Below are positions 63,198 to 64,000 of a stretch of DNA of 64,000 bases, one piece after another. The notes under the pieces are model-generated. The model did no database searches. It was not told the origin of the DNA and saw only the letters and a list, made by a program, of their open reading frames with translations. A program made the translations under genes and the position numbers. Numbering within the stretch: position 1 is the first letter of the stretch; the number at the start of each line of letters is the position of its first letter. The DNA is from an uncultured Candidatus Rokubacteria bacterium (GTDB lineage: Bacteria > Methylomirabilota > Methylomirabilia > Rokubacteriales > CSP1-6): positions 8,512-72,511 of the forward strand of contig CAWBMV010000035.1 of the NCBI GenBank assembly GCA_963789955.1. The letters run 5' to 3'.

Positions 63198-64000
63198 TCA
63201 GTCCGTCTCGATCGGCAACGATGGATCCCTCGCCCACTCTCCCATGGAACCATCGTAGAGCGTGAGCGAGTCGTGGCCGAGCTGGTGCAGCAGGAAGAGA
63301 TCGATCGTGGCCGAGATCCCGCCGCCGCAGTAGCAGATCACGCGCTTGTCCTTGCTGACGCCCTGGGCCGCGAACTTGGCTTCGGCGTCGGACAGCGTCG
63401 TGAAGTCTTTCTGCGCGGCGTTCACGAGATTCGCCGCCGGTACGTTGACGCTGCCTGGGACCCGGCCGGGCCGTCCGTACCGGCTGGGCTCCAGTCCCTT
63501 GTGGAATTGCGGGCCGAGCGCGTTGACGATCACGGTGGAGCGCTCCTTGGTTGCCGCCAGCACCGCGCGCTTGTCGACGAAGAAGCCCGGGCGCGGCGCG
63601 GCCTTGAAGGCCGCCGGCGGATAGCCGCGAGCCGGACCGCTCTCGGTCGGTCGGCCTTCGGCTTTCCATTTGTCGAAGCCGCCATCCAGCACGGCCGCAC
63701 GGTCGAAGCCAAGCGACCGGAGCATCCACCAGAAGCGCGTCGCCCACATCATCGTCCCGATGCTGTAGAGCACGACCCGGTTGTCCCCGGCGAGCCCGTG
63801 ACGGCCGAACGCCGCCTCGAGCTGCGCGGTCGCCGGCATCATGAAACGAAGCCGGGTGGTTGCATCGGAGAACTCGCCCTGCAGGTCGAGGAAGTCGGCG
63901 CCGGAGATGTGCGCCTCCTCGAACGTCCGGCGCCCGGCCACCACGACGTAGGGATCGTCGTTGCCGGGCGGCGGTGGCTCGAGATAGGTCGTGCAGTCGT
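63198..64000 (-). CDS. sulfurtransferase (two-domain rhodanese), 5' end off window
   Basis: HISGADFLD, ATRFWWML, LDGGFDKWKAEG, GRVPGSVN, CYCGGGISA, LYDGSMGEW. Confidence 0.92.
   Translation of the reverse strand, partial: DCTTYLEPPPPGNDDPYVVVAGRRTFEEAHISGADFLDLQGEFSDATTRLRFMMPATAQLEAAFGRHGLAGDNRVVLYSIGTMMWATRFWWMLRSLGFDRAAVLDGGFDKWKAEGRPTESGPARGYPPAAFKAAPRPGFFVDKRAVLAATKERSTVIVNALGPQFHKGLEPSRYGRPGRVPGSVNVPAANLVNAAQKDFTTLSDAEAKFAAQGVSKDKRVICYCGGGISATIDLFLLHQLGHDSLTLYDGSMGEWARDPSLPIETD

Overview
High-GC bacterial genomic segment with about 60 protein-coding genes. I found no rRNA, intact tRNA, CRISPR array or intact mobile element. The gene content (many ABC transporters and amidohydrolases, Arg-rich 'DRR' proteins, a GGGGGCC-N7-GGCCCCC hairpin) suggests a soil Candidatus Rokubacteria/Methylomirabilota-like organism; this is inference only. 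More than 15 otherwise intact genes carry single-base frameshifts, most likely long-read assembly errors. Most interesting elements: (1) a 9-gene operon (12552-22029) plus a divergent, highly deviant MTAP-like phosphorylase, which looks like an undescribed catabolic route for a modified nucleoside/nucleotide; (2) a five-gene operon linking a TauD dioxygenase, a novel His-rich protein, two Gfo/Idh/MocA dehydrogenases and an MshA-like glycosyltransferase; (3) a TetR-controlled membrane protein with two PmoC/AmoC-like D-x-x-W-H...P-x-H metal motifs; (4) two copies of an unnamed Arg-rich domain, fused to a zinc ribbon and to an IS21-transposase-like DNA-binding segment; (5) a 165-bp inverted-repeat element with locally C-depleted flanking codons.
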